Notes: generated by a model from the sequence alone, not told the origin. Shown: positions 29,082 to 40,589, numbered from the stretch's first letter. The stretch is DNA of 64,000 nt from a bacterium (GCA_963681965.1 OY820579.1:2112001-2176000), one strand, 5' to 3'. Made by a program: numbers and translations.

Positions 29082-31121
29082 TTACGTAAACCATTCAATG
29101 TTTTGACCGGGATTATAACTTGGATATCTCCCACATGTCAAACGAGGAGACTTAAGATGCTCTGATAAATTTATATCGAATTTTGCTAAATCCATTTTCA
29201 CTCGTCGGATTGCAGCGATAAATGCTTTTCGCACTTTGTCAGAATCATCATGTAGTTTTCTCGTATGGTATCGGATGTCTTTACTTCTCTTTAAATATTC
29301 AAAGTAAGTACGAATCTCTTCATTAATTTCTGCTACTGATCGGAGCGTTGGTTCGCCTTTACATTCAGCATCTGTAGCGTCTTTAAGATCGACCTGCAAT
29401 TCTTTTATCTTGGCTTGACAAGCTAGAACTGTAGAATCGTCAATAACATCAAACCCCCTTTTGAGTATGAACATCTCCGGCTGTTTCGATTCGAGGCGTA
29501 CTAAATCATTAACTTTGAATTCCTGATTTGGATGAGACAATAAAGTATGAAGATATGCCGCACCAATAGAGGGAGGAATAACAAATTCCTTACCCCCATT
29601 GAATCTTACGAGCCATCCTTTGCCTTGCTGAATGAAAACGTTTTTATGTCCATCAGTTATCGACTGGTATGAAGAAGTATTTGCTTCTGAGGAATTACTC
29701 AGTCGTCTTGAATAATCACACACCATCGTTAGCAAACAATGCTCTGGAAGATTGTGCTCTCGAAATGAACTTGCGTAGTTTTTGATCGCAGTATCGACCA
29801 CTCTGGTCACTTCTACTGCATGTCTTCGATAGAGGTCGTACAATTTAGCAGCGACAGTGTCGGGCGATTCATTAAAATGTCTTAGTATCCTTGAAGCTTC
29901 CCCATATTTAATAAAGAATTCGTTCGAAGTCATTTTGCTTACTGCTGTAGCACTATCGACATAAGCAGCGAGCATTGTTCGCGTCAGCGCCTCTTCGCGA
30001 TTGCCGGTTAATAAATCAATCCCATATCCTTCAGCATTATCATACTTCTCAAGACCCGCTGAAAGGATTGAAAATCGGCGGTCGATACATTGCGAACATT
30101 TTCCGCAATGCGGAGTTTGATTGCTCATCTCCCATGTGTGATTGCAACTTGTCGAATTATTAATCAACTCACAACAATCGGCATTCTCAATTATCTTCAG
30201 TACCTCCGGTTTCGTCTTCCAGATGAAAGGATTTTCAACAACGAATTCGGTTCCAGATACCGCACTGATAATTTTAGAGAAGCCATTAATAACTTGTGGG
30301 TGAGTTGTTCGTGTAGCTCTTGCACCGACAACTTGCGGCGAAGGGGGGAGATTAAAACTAATAACCCCATTCTCGTAAAAACGAAGACGCTTCAATCCGA
30401 TCATTCGTGCAATCGTTGTCCCTAATGCAGCATATAGAAAAGATCGTGATCTTTGAGTGTATTCCTTAGTAAGAATGCTACTTTTAAAAATTGTTACGGA
30501 AATATGATGTGGTTTGAAGTGGGATCGTTCGTTTAATAATTCAATCAACTGCTCGAGGCGTTTGTGCATTTTCTGAGTCGGTCGGTGAGACACAAGAGCG
30601 ACTTTCCTTTCGTCGATAACAGCTTCTTGAACAGCACCACCCAACGAATCGATACCACCGGAAAACATCATTACTTCATCTATTTCGGGTAATTCGTATG
30701 GAATCAGTTTTTGTTCCGGTTGCATCTGCGTTAGCTTACAGAACTCAAAATTGTATTCATCTTCTGATAAGAAACCGAGTGTTTCACACAGTTGATTTTT
30801 GATCTTGGAGTCATTCCAGTGATCCGGTTCTCGAACTGCGATGCGAAAGAACAACCTTCGCCGCCAATCAGTACCAAAACTCGCGGCATTGTCGCTACCG
30901 CGAGGGATGGCTTGATCGGCACAGTAAACATAAGTCGCTATTTCAAGTAGATCGTGAATAAGAGATGGTACATCGCGAAGCAGATGCTCACGAACATCCG
31001 CAATTTCCAACTTGACGTTTTCTTTTTGCCCCCACAGATGAAACCATAAGTATTTATCGTCAACACAAGGAAGCCGATTAATTGGAACATCACCGCACAA
31101 AATTGCCCGTTCAGTTGGCAT
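29082..31121 (-). CDS. QueC-like (QatC-type) PP-loop ATPase with ~190-aa C-terminal extension
   Basis: FSGGIDS, TQRSRSFLY, TRTTHP, SC...CGKCSQCIDRR zinc site; N-terminal DLLEIA.YVY.AD...R. Confidence 0.85.
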   Translation of the reverse strand: MPTERAILCGDVPINRLPCVDDKYLWFHLWGQKENVKLEIADVREHLLRDVPSLIHDLLEIATYVYCADQAIPRGSDNAASFGTDWRRRLFFRIAVREPDHWNDSKIKNQLCETLGFLSEDEYNFEFCKLTQMQPEQKLIPYELPEIDEVMMFSGGIDSLGGAVQEAVIDERKVALVSHRPTQKMHKRLEQLIELLNERSHFKPHHISVTIFKSSILTKEYTQRSRSFLYAALGTTIARMIGLKRLRFYENGVISFNLPPSPQVVGARATRTTHPQVINGFSKIISAVSGTEFVVENPFIWKTKPEVLKIIENADCCELINNSTSCNHTWEMSNQTPHCGKCSQCIDRRFSILSAGLEKYDNAEGYGIDLLTGNREEALTRTMLAAYVDSATAVSKMTSNEFFIKYGEASRILRHFNESPDTVAAKLYDLYRRHAVEVTRVVDTAIKNYASSFREHNLPEHCLLTMVCDYSRRLSNSSEANTSSYQSITDGHKNVFIQQGKGWLVRFNGGKEFVIPPSIGAAYLHTLLSHPNQEFKVNDLVRLESKQPEMFILKRGFDVIDDSTVLACQAKIKELQVDLKDATDAECKGEPTLRSVAEINEEIRTYFEYLKRSKDIRYHTRKLHDDSDKVRKAFIAAIRRVKMDLAKFDINLSEHLKSPRLTCGRYPSYNPGQNIEWFT

Positions 31122-31896
31122 CGGTGTTTGCACCATCTTTCAGCATTTTTGTGATATTTTGCAATGCTGTCTGAGCAAATCCGGCCGCAATTCGTCGTGA
31201 GATACCAGTTTGTTTGCGTTTCTTCAGGGAAAACAACTCACCAGTGAATTCTTCTATTACTTCAGATGCTTCAAAAGTGTGTTTACTTAGAGCGTTGGTG
31301 AATTCTCCTTGCTGTGATATTGTTTTAAAACGAGCGTTTTCACCGATTTTTAGCGGTGTAATCATGCTCAAATGGTAGTTGAGACATTTATTGGTTAAGC
31401 GAGCGAAGAAATCTCTGATAAATGCGTTGTAATGTCGAGAAGTATTTAAATCGTAGAACGCTAATTGGGTTTCGATAGGGGTTGAGCGAAAAATATCCTT
31501 GATGCGTGTTAAAATTGAATTGGAAATGGTCTCGACTGCAGCCATCTGAGCCATTTCCCCCAAATCTGATCGACCACCGGAATTTCTAATCTTCTGATCG
31601 ATAGCATCGGAGAAAGCGCCAATAATTTCCATCACACTTGGAGCATTTGAAACTTGTAGACCGATTTTACGGAGGGCATCTGAAAATTCCTCCTTTTTCG
31701 CAGCTATCGGTAATTGCGTTAATAGCCAGACTGTCTCGGAAAGACATTTATCGTGAACAGCGTCATCGAATATATGTTCGATAGCAGAAGCCGTGGCTTG
31801 GGCAATTTGAGGAGAATCTGCCCCACAATCGAGCAAATTCTTTACTTCAGTCCATTTGCGGGTGTTTGGAAGTTTGCCTAATCTTATATGCCCCAT
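31111..31896 (-). CDS. Helical partner of the QueC-like protein (QatB-like position)
   Basis: Starts MGHIRLGKLP...W; stop overlaps the QueC-like start. Confidence 0.7.
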   Translation of the reverse strand: MGHIRLGKLPNTRKWTEVKNLLDCGADSPQIAQATASAIEHIFDDAVHDKCLSETVWLLTQLPIAAKKEEFSDALRKIGLQVSNAPSVMEIIGAFSDAIDQKIRNSGGRSDLGEMAQMAAVETISNSILTRIKDIFRSTPIETQLAFYDLNTSRHYNAFIRDFFARLTNKCLNYHLSMITPLKIGENARFKTISQQGEFTNALSKHTFEASEVIEEFTGELFSLKKRKQTGISRRIAAGFAQTALQNITKMLKDGANTDAN

Positions 31897-31960
31897 CAAT
31901 TCACCCAACCTTTACTAGATGAATAATCAAGAACTAATGATTTAGGACTAAGAGTGAAGC

Positions 31961-31990
31961 AACCGCCCCACCTTCCGGCAGGGCGGTTTT
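31961..31990. terminator. Probable intrinsic terminator
   Basis: AACCGCCC...GGGCGGTT hairpin 20 nt after the CTD gene stop. Confidence 0.6.
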
Positions 31991-34799
31991 GATAAGAGCA
32001 ACAATAAATTTACTTCAGCAGCACAGCTTTCTTCGTAGTCACAAATTCCGGCGATTTCATCGTAATGAAGTAGATACCGGTGCTGACTTTCATACCGCTG
32101 GAGTTATTGCCGTCCCAGTTGATTCGATAACTGCCGGTAGTATAGTCTTTATCGGCGAGCGTCTTCACCAACCGACCTAGTGCATCGTACACCGATACCG
32201 ATACCCGACTTGACTTCGGAACTTCAAACTTGATTTGAGTAGTGTTATTGAATGGATTCGGGTAGATCGAACTAAGTGCAAATGCCTTTGGAATCGCAAC
32301 TGCAGTTTCATGCGATGGTGGCTTGATTGCCTTGGAAAGCTTCGCGATCTTCGACAATGCCGTCATCCGGTTCGATTGCTGCGCCTGATAGTAACCGGCA
32401 ATATCGCCACGTTTCGAGGCAGGCGTCGGACGCAACAAACTCGAGACCAACATATCATACTCAATTCGTAGCGAATCGTCACCATTGCCATACGCGAGAA
32501 TCGAGTCGCGATACGCATCGGCAGTGAGGAATTCGTGCATCGCATCGTAGCCGTAACTCTCGTTGTAGTACTTCGTCATGCTGTAGGGATCGCCTACCGG
32601 CGGCAATTCCGGATTCAATTCCGATAATCGTTGCAATGCCGCGGCACCGGCAGCAGTGGAATCGCCCGATTGTGCCAAAGTCAGATTGTAATAGTACAAT
32701 GCACTATCGAGCATATCCTGACTGAAGAAGATATCGCCGCGTAGTAAACTGCCGCCCAAATCCGACATGTAATCGCCCAGATTCGTTCCGCACGACGAAG
32801 AGTCGAACACAGTATTCAAGCCCCAATATATCGCATTACTAGGCAACAAGCCGCCTAACGGATTCGCATCCTTGTCGAAACAGTTGTTTTTCAGATTTAG
32901 ATAAAACGGCGTGCCGACTTGCTGCATGTAATAGTTCAAATGGTTTCCATTTTGGTCGATAATACCGGTAAAGGTATTCTCGCCATAGAGGAAAACCGGC
33001 GTCGAGTTGTCAACCAACACCATCGGAAAGTCGAGGATACCGGAGAAATCGTTCGAACCGACCTGAGAGTTGTCGGGATCGTAGAACGATGTCGTCGAGT
33101 TGCCGGTAAGATATACAGCATGATGATCGTTACCGGAGAAGCTGTTACAGGTAAAGATCGTCGAAGCGGCATACCCGAAGAAACCGGATTTGTAATTGGC
33201 AGCGCCGATGCCGTTATTGCTGATGTTGCAGTGATCGATCCGACCGCCGCCATTCGACCAGACGAACCCAGCATCGCGATTGTTGTGCACCAGATTGTTA
33301 TAGAAATGCGCTTCGCTGAACAAACCATTCACACCGATCGTGCAATTGGAGATCTCACTATTGTCGATCTGAACTTTACTGGAAGTGGTATACAGGTCAA
33401 TTCCGATGGTGCTGGTATTATTGCCAACGATATTGCAACCGTTGATCGGTGTCTCCTTCGGTTTCCACAGTTCCAGTGCTTTCACTGATTGGTTGTTGAA
33501 GTTGCAGCTTGTGATCGACTGATAAGAACCGTCGAGGGCATCGAATGAGGATATCGCCTTCTCACCACCGGTAAAGGTACAATGTGACAGCGCTACTGTA
33601 TCAGCAAGCGAATTGACGGATATCGCCGTCGCACAATTCTCGAATTCTGCCGAGTCGAGCATGATTTGACCTCCGGTGGATTTGATTGCGCAGGGAAGAC
33701 CGTCGAATTTAACTCGCGAACCAATCACTTTACCGCCGGGTTGGACTTCGATGACATTTTGAGCAGTATATATAGAATCGTCCATTACAGAGAATAACAC
33801 TGCATCTCCGTTACCTTCTGACTCATCACCAATCACGAGTTCGCCACCGTTTTCTACAATAATTTTGCCTCCATGATGAGCATAAACTTCCGATCCAGGA
33901 TATATCGGAACTCGACAATCGACGACAAATTGAGTGGAAAATAATCGTCCGGTCGCACCTTCAGTGATTGGAATATCGGACGACAAATAAGTATTGCCTT
34001 CATACTGAAGTTTTGTTCTTACTTTATAATAGTATGTCCGGAAGTAGGTTACGTTATTGTCTACCCAAGTGTTGACATCTGAAGCGAGTTCAGTCACAGG
34101 CGTACTCGGGAACGAATAAGGATTAGTACTTCGAAAAATCTGTTGTGTGATCCCACTACCTTCAGGAATTGCTGGATTCCATGTAAGAGTGACATCTTGT
34201 ATATGACTTATCGAGGCAGTCACATTGTCCGGAGAGGGTAGTCTATCGAGAGACAATCTATAAATACCATGTAACCAATATATTCTCCATACTGGTCGGT
34301 AAGGTGAGTCAATAAAACCGAAATCATAATAGTTTGTTAATAACTCATTTACGTCTAAAGGGTGCGGGGGTAAAGATAATTTTGACCATAACAATTCAGG
34401 TCCAGAATAATCATCGCGTCCAATCCCATCAGAAGAGACTTCAGGTGTTGGTTGAGAATCGATTATGTCCCATAAGATACCTGCGACATTACCTTCACAA
34501 ATATCTGATAGTACTACTTGTAACGTTAATGCACCTGTAGAGGTATGCTGAAAATATAAACCTGTTTCAATATTCAACCAAAGTTCATCATCGTAGTTCC
34601 ACTTTCTAACATAGAAGCTAGTATTTAAAATGGAGCATGCAAAAAAATACGATAATCCTTCTGCCCATGCTGTTGGCAAATCAGATGTTAATGGTATGGA
34701 ATGATTAGCCAACGTGTTCTGAAGTGGTCCCGTTTTCCTGGACAGTTTGTTAGTTAGATTGCTTTGCCCGATATTTTGATAGCAAGTATGGAGTTGAAG

Positions 34800-35102
34800 A
34801 TGTCGGGAATACGACGGACATTATCGCCTGATTTCAAGGCGAAGGTAGCATTAGCCGCACTCAAGGGTGATAAGACAGTATCTGAACTATCAAGTCTATA
34901 TCAAGTTCATCCGAACCAGATCAGTCAGTGGAAGAAGCAGCTTTTGGATCATGCTGCATCGGTATTTGGCAAAACTGAATCGTCAGGAAGTGAAGAAGTA
35001 GATCTTAAGGAGCTGCGCGCCAAGATCGGCCAGTTAACGATGGAAAACGATTTTTTAGCAAAGGGGCTCAGTCGCTTGGGCGTTCTGAGCGTGAAGCGCT
35101 GA
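34800..35102 (+). CDS. IS3 transposase OrfA
   Basis: Near-identical to 18076-18378. Confidence 0.92.
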   Translation: MSGIRRTLSPDFKAKVALAALKGDKTVSELSSLYQVHPNQISQWKKQLLDHAASVFGKTESSGSEEVDLKELRAKIGQLTMENDFLAKGLSRLGVLSVKR

Positions 35103-35125
35103 TCGATCCGGGTGCCCGTTTACCG

Positions 35126-35935
35126 TTGGTTCAGCAGTGTTCTTTAATCAAGGTTCCACGCAGCAGTTACTACTATCGCCCTGTTCCGCTTGATTCGAAC
35201 AATTTGATGCTGTTGCGAACGCTGGATGAGCTTCACCTGAAGGTTCCGTTCTACGGTGCCCGTAAACTGGTGGTGGAGTTATCGAAGCAGGGTATCGATG
35301 TTGGTCGGAAAAAGGTTCGTTCCTTGCTACGCATCCTCGGTCTGGAAGCATTGTACCGCAAGCCGCGTACGACGGTTCCTGACAAGGAACACAAGATTTA
35401 TCCGTACTTGCTTCGCGACTTGACGGTTGATCGCGCGAATCAAGTATGGGCGACCGACATCACGTACATCCCACTGGCAAAGGGTTTTGTGTACCTGGTG
35501 GCGGTGATCGACTGGTTCAGTCGCAAGGTGTTGTCGTGGCGGTTGTCGAATACGCTGGATACGCATTCCTGTGTGGAAGCATTGAAGGATGCGTTGTCGA
35601 AGTATGGGAAGCCTGAGATCTTCAACAGCGATCAAGGGTGTCAGTTTACCAGCGTCGCATTTACGGATGTTTTGAAAGAGGCAGGCGTTCGGATCAGTAT
35701 GGATGGTAAAGGTCGGTGGATGGATAACCGTTTTGTCGAACGATTGTGGAAGTCGTTGAAGTACGAGGAAGTATACTTGAAAGGGTACGATTCAGTTCGC
35801 ATTGCAGAGCGCAGTATCGGTGAATATTTTTTGTTTTACAATGCGGAGCGTTCCCATCAAGCTTTGGACTGTCGCACCCCAGATGAGGTCTACATCGATA
35901 GTCTTAGCAAATTTTCTTGTCAGGCAGCTGCCTGA
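35126..35935 (+). CDS. IS3 transposase OrfB
   Basis: DDE motifs; near-identical to 17243-18058. Confidence 0.95.
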   Translation: MVQQCSLIKVPRSSYYYRPVPLDSNNLMLLRTLDELHLKVPFYGARKLVVELSKQGIDVGRKKVRSLLRILGLEALYRKPRTTVPDKEHKIYPYLLRDLTVDRANQVWATDITYIPLAKGFVYLVAVIDWFSRKVLSWRLSNTLDTHSCVEALKDALSKYGKPEIFNSDQGCQFTSVAFTDVLKEAGVRISMDGKGRWMDNRFVERLWKSLKYEEVYLKGYDSVRIAERSIGEYFLFYNAERSHQALDCRTPDEVYIDSLSKFSCQAAA

Positions 35936-37252
35936 CAAGAAACAGCAGAAAGTGGGCAGTGCAATCTAACTAAGATTCGCACAAAACTGTCCAAACGGAG
36001 GGTACCACCTCATTCTCTGGAGAGATTCCAAGCCAATGAGACAGATAATGTCCATATTCGTGTAATACAATGCAATCGTTGTATTGGTCTGGACCTGTAC
36101 TATTCGCATTAGCATGACGAGAAATAATGACATGATTCGTGTTTGGAACATATGCGGAGCTGTATCCATCCCATTCAACCTCAATTTCGTGGTTATCTTC
36201 ATAAGTTTCATAACCATTAAATCTATTTTTTGCCCATTCTCTACCTTTAAGAATTGTATAACCGATAGCGAGAGAGCCTACTTCGTCAGAAGAGGTTGGT
36301 GTTATTAAAACTTGATTTTCAAAATCGGGAGAGGTCGGAAAAGTTAAATAAGTGTTAAGATCACCTTCGCGTTCGCGAAAAACATTGTATGGAAAAGTAC
36401 AGCGACTCCTCGAAGATCGAGGGTAAAATAATTCAACTTCATCTTGACCGTGTACTGATATCAGTGGAGTCGTGTTTTCCGGATCGTAAATTACACTCTC
36501 AACATCAAAAATGTAATCCGAACTACTGCCTTCCGGATGAATAAAAGTCCTATGGACCGCAGGAGTGTAATATCTACCATTTTCATCAGTAAAATTGTCA
36601 TTTAGAGATGGAATAGCGATAATATCGTAATTGGTGTTTATATAATGCGGAATGACTTTAACATTGCTAATTGGAAATAGCTCAGAAATCGGAACCGTAG
36701 CCAAATCTGGATTACGACCATCCAAAAATCTTTGATATTTCAGAGTTGTTGAAAATCCTAAATAGCAGTGAATTACATTTAAACTTCCTGTATTAGTTAT
36801 GCAATCGGGATCAAGATTAGTAACCCTAATCTCGACTTCGTACGTGCCGCCTCGATCCTCCTGCTGGTTGCCGCCAATGGGATAACCAAATGTTTGATTA
36901 GCCCTCAAATGAATGTATTCAGAATAATTTATAATTCCTTGATTTCCAGTCCAACTATCACCAATTTGAACACGGTTTGATCCATTGCACCGAAAAAGAA
37001 ATATTCTTGCTTCGTAACTAATAGGTGGTGGATTCGGATTTGGCGGAATATCTGCACCATAAGAAAGATAATAATCTACTTCAAATCTTTCATCATCAAA
37101 CAACCACCCATGTTGTGCACTACCATATTTATATACAACAACGTCAGAAATTCCAAGTGCTGCAAAAACACTACTGACTGATAGGAAAAAAAATCCTAAC
37201 AAAGATAATATAATCGATGATCGATACATTGCATCCTCCATTTTCCTTGTGA

Positions 37253-38203
37253 TCACTTTGAATTACTTTTTGCAGTATCATAAGCATTTTTTCGGATGAA
37301 TAGTTGCTGTCGTAAAAGTGGACCTCTATCATTTAATAATAGTCCGATGGTTGAATCCTGTGATGCATTCACAATCTGTAGATCAAAAGTGTGAAGTTCC
37401 AATAATTGATTTTTTAAGATATAAGTCAGCGAATCACGTTGACTAGATGAAATTCCACTGATCCAATCGTAGGTCATGAATGTGTCAACGAGACTTAGAT
37501 TGGGATATTTATAGATCAAATTATAAGCCCGTATCCGCTGAATTTGTTGAGGCGTAAAGAAATTCTGATAATTAGCATCATTTAAAGTATCACTTCGACT
37601 GAAAATATGATAGTACCCAATATCTTCGGTTGTCAACGTAGAAAATTGAGATTCGATATTTGAGTTGATATTGGCTTGTTGAAATTGACGTCTCTCACGA
37701 ATTAACCGGCGCCTCAACAATTCCGATTTAGTTGCTACTAACGAATCTCGTATTGCAATATCCAATGAACGTTGTGAGTAATACTTACCTACTGCACCCG
37801 CACGTGAATAGAAATAAACCGTATCGCGGTCAGGGATCTGAAATAATGGTATTGGTACACTCGGATTTGATATTTTATTGGCTATAAGCTCAATTATAAT
37901 ACTAGCATTACCCTGCTGAGTCAGTATAAAATTTAACGTTTTATGCACATATTGCCTATCATCACCAATACCTTGCCATTGTAAATTACCATTAACGAGT
38001 TGAATATTACCACTTAACGTTAAATTAATGGTGTATGATTCTACTCTACTAGGCACCAGAGTCTCAAAAATTGCTTCGAAGGGTACATTTATCTGAATAT
38101 TTTCATCAGTTATCAAATTGACTCCAAGATTTGCTTCTGAAGCGATAGTAATAGTAGCTATCATCAAAAACAAAAGAACAAATAAATATCTTACCCATTT
38201 CAT
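37253..38203 (-). CDS. Hypothetical secreted protein
   Basis: Signal peptide MKWVRYLFVLL; GGAGG RBS; directly upstream of the peptidase gene. Confidence 0.7.
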   Translation of the reverse strand: MKWVRYLFVLLFLMIATITIASEANLGVNLITDENIQINVPFEAIFETLVPSRVESYTINLTLSGNIQLVNGNLQWQGIGDDRQYVHKTLNFILTQQGNASIIIELIANKISNPSVPIPLFQIPDRDTVYFYSRAGAVGKYYSQRSLDIAIRDSLVATKSELLRRRLIRERRQFQQANINSNIESQFSTLTTEDIGYYHIFSRSDTLNDANYQNFFTPQQIQRIRAYNLIYKYPNLSLVDTFMTYDWISGISSSQRDSLTYILKNQLLELHTFDLQIVNASQDSTIGLLLNDRGPLLRQQLFIRKNAYDTAKSNSK

Positions 38204-38327
38204 AAAAAATACCTCCATCTTGTTTGGTAGCGAATGATATCAAGCTAGGAATAAACTTGATACTTCCAATAATGTCATCCTTCGAGTCAAGTGATATCGA
38301 AAAAAGCTTTTAATTAAATAAATGGGA

Positions 38328-40589
38328 TCATTTCAACACCACCATCCGCTTCGTCTGCGTGATATTGCCGAAGTGCAATCGATAGAAATAAATCCCCGAC
38401 GCGAGACTACTCCCGTCGAACGTGACGCGATAGCTGCCGCTGTGCTGCGTTTCATCCACCAATGACTGCACTTCGCGTCCGAGCAGATCGAACAACTTCA
38501 ATTCCACGCGCCCGGTCTTCGGGATCGTGTACGAGATCGTGGTGGTGGCATTGAACGGATTCGGGTAGTTTTGTGAGAGCGTGAACTTCGATGGTAATCG
38601 TATTGACTCGCTTTCTACGACACCATCATCGATCTCGTCATACCGAAAAATGGTGCCAAATTCACCAGCGACCCAGCCGTGATGACGATCGATAAAACAA
38701 ATCTTATTCAATGCCGAATAGGACAGTGTGTCGTTAACGTACCACGATGCGCCTCCATCGGTTGTATGAACGACTCTGCCTTGCATTCCAGCAGCCCAAC
38801 CAGTCGTGGAATCGAAAAATGTTACGGAGTAGAGATTCGCAGCACCTGTGCTTCCAATCTGCCACGATTCACCCCCATCAGTCGTGCGCATGTTGTCGAA
38901 GATCGTATTACTCATGGAGTCCAATTGCGCACCGTAGCCGACAACCCAACCGACAGTCGGATTGATGAAATCCAAATCGATCAATGTGTTTACCCGACTC
39001 GGTAGCACTAAGTCGTGCCAAGTCACACCGCCATCGGTGGTGCGAGTGATCGTTCCATGATACGGGATATCCATCGACGATCCGACACACCATCCATGCA
39101 ACGAATCCACAAATTGAATTTGATCGATCCAGATCGAAGGTTGTAATTGTGGTGCCGACCAATGTAAACCACCGTCGGTAGTGCGCTGGATGCCTGAGAT
39201 GCGGTTTCCTATATTGTCAAGATAGATACCTGCGATCCACCCGTGATTGGCATCGCTAAAAGACATCTTTTTCAAATACAAGGCGGTAGTGGAGGTTTGT
39301 ACCGACCAAGTTCGACCAAAATCACTCGAGAACATTACCTTGCTGATACCATTCCTGATGTCGGTTCCAATTGCCCAACCATGCTGCTCATCGAGAAAAT
39401 ATAGATCCTTGAAGTAAAACATCGTGTCATTCGTTATATATTCCCAGTGGGTGCCACTATCGCTCGTACGAATTAGCCGTCCGAAATATTCGATCGCAAT
39501 TCCCGCTTCCAGATTGATAAAATCGATATCCCGCAAGTCTACTTTTGGTCCCGAAAATAAATCTACCCAAGTATGTCCGCCGTCGGTCGTTCGTTGGACA
39601 TCTCCGGGGCAGCCGTACGTGATACCAGATGCGATCCAACCGGTATCAGGATTGAGAAAACACGTGTTCGAAATACCATTAAACGAGGGTACAAATAGCT
39701 CTTCCCAAGAAACGCCTCCGTTCGAAGTTCTTAGTAACCGACCGATTTCATCGGAACTAGTAGAATCGTAAGTAATACTACCCGCGGCTAAACCTGATAA
39801 TCGATCGAAAAAACGAATATTCTGCAAATCGAGCAACGTATCGGAAATCTGATTATTCCAAGTCAGACCTCCATTAGTTGTATGGAAGATCTCAGTCGTC
39901 GATCGATTATTGCTATGATCGACACCAACCGACCATCCATATAGCGTATCGACGAATGTGACGCCATACATCAAGATATTCGTCGATCCTAGCGAATCGC
40001 GTAGCCAAGTATTGCCGCCATCGATCGTGTGCATTGATAGACCCAACGCTCCGACCGCCCATCCGTGAAGCGAATCGAGGAAAGTGATATCCCTGAGACA
40101 AATCTGATTCGTGTTCTGTGTTATCCAGGTGAGTCCACCATTGGTCGTTTGATGAATCCGACCGTAATAATCGGCAATCCATCCATTATTAGAATCAATG
40201 AATGAGATACTGTAACACATCTCGGCATACTCATTCAATTGAATCGACCAGGATTGACCGCCATCGCTGGTGTAGAGAATTCGTCCATACGGCCATACGT
40301 CGCCAACATCGTATTCACATGCGAGCCAGCCGTGAAGCGCGTCCGCAAAGTAAACGTCGTGAAGAGTATAGCTGTGGTCAATAAACTGCCGATCCCAGGT
40401 TGTGCCACCATCGGTAGTATGCAACAACGTTGCGTAATCGCCGATCGCCCACCCTATCTGCGAATCGATAAAATGGATTGCGACCATCCGCTCATTCGTA
40501 GGTAACGGGTTTTGGCGCGTCCACGTTTGCGCTATCGCAACACTTGATGCGATAAGATATAGTAGTATTGATGCCAACAAAGTTTGCAA
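38328..40589 (-). CDS. YCF48/BNR-repeat beta-propeller with T9SS-type CTD
   Basis: Many F.D...GW..G and T.DGG.TW repeats; QNYPNPFN...KRMVVLK. Confidence 0.9.
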   Translation of the reverse strand: MQTLLASILLYLIASSVAIAQTWTRQNPLPTNERMVAIHFIDSQIGWAIGDYATLLHTTDGGTTWDRQFIDHSYTLHDVYFADALHGWLACEYDVGDVWPYGRILYTSDGGQSWSIQLNEYAEMCYSISFIDSNNGWIADYYGRIHQTTNGGLTWITQNTNQICLRDITFLDSLHGWAVGALGLSMHTIDGGNTWLRDSLGSTNILMYGVTFVDTLYGWSVGVDHSNNRSTTEIFHTTNGGLTWNNQISDTLLDLQNIRFFDRLSGLAAGSITYDSTSSDEIGRLLRTSNGGVSWEELFVPSFNGISNTCFLNPDTGWIASGITYGCPGDVQRTTDGGHTWVDLFSGPKVDLRDIDFINLEAGIAIEYFGRLIRTSDSGTHWEYITNDTMFYFKDLYFLDEQHGWAIGTDIRNGISKVMFSSDFGRTWSVQTSTTALYLKKMSFSDANHGWIAGIYLDNIGNRISGIQRTTDGGLHWSAPQLQPSIWIDQIQFVDSLHGWCVGSSMDIPYHGTITRTTDGGVTWHDLVLPSRVNTLIDLDFINPTVGWVVGYGAQLDSMSNTIFDNMRTTDGGESWQIGSTGAANLYSVTFFDSTTGWAAGMQGRVVHTTDGGASWYVNDTLSYSALNKICFIDRHHGWVAGEFGTIFRYDEIDDGVVESESIRLPSKFTLSQNYPNPFNATTTISYTIPKTGRVELKLFDLLGREVQSLVDETQHSGSYRVTFDGSSLASGIYFYRLHFGNITQTKRMVVLK

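Larger units (their letters stand above)
34720..36012 (+). mobile_element. IS3-family element, copy 2 (1293 bp, 3-bp target duplication TTC)
   Basis: Same IRs and length as copy 1; TTC at 34717-34719 and 36013-36015. Confidence 0.95.
32010..37229 (-). pseudogene. Secreted zinc metallopeptidase with FN3, beta-helix and T9SS-type CTD, split by IS3 (~1307 aa when restored)
   Basis: Rejoined frame gives HEYGHYLSHWLGISPE|NTLANHS...AWAEG; signal peptide; C-terminal YPNPFN...KKAVLLK. Confidence 0.85.

Noticed and set aside
29082-31121. Housekeeping queC for queuosine synthesis
   Set aside because: About three times canonical length, QatC-type motifs, island location, no que genes nearby
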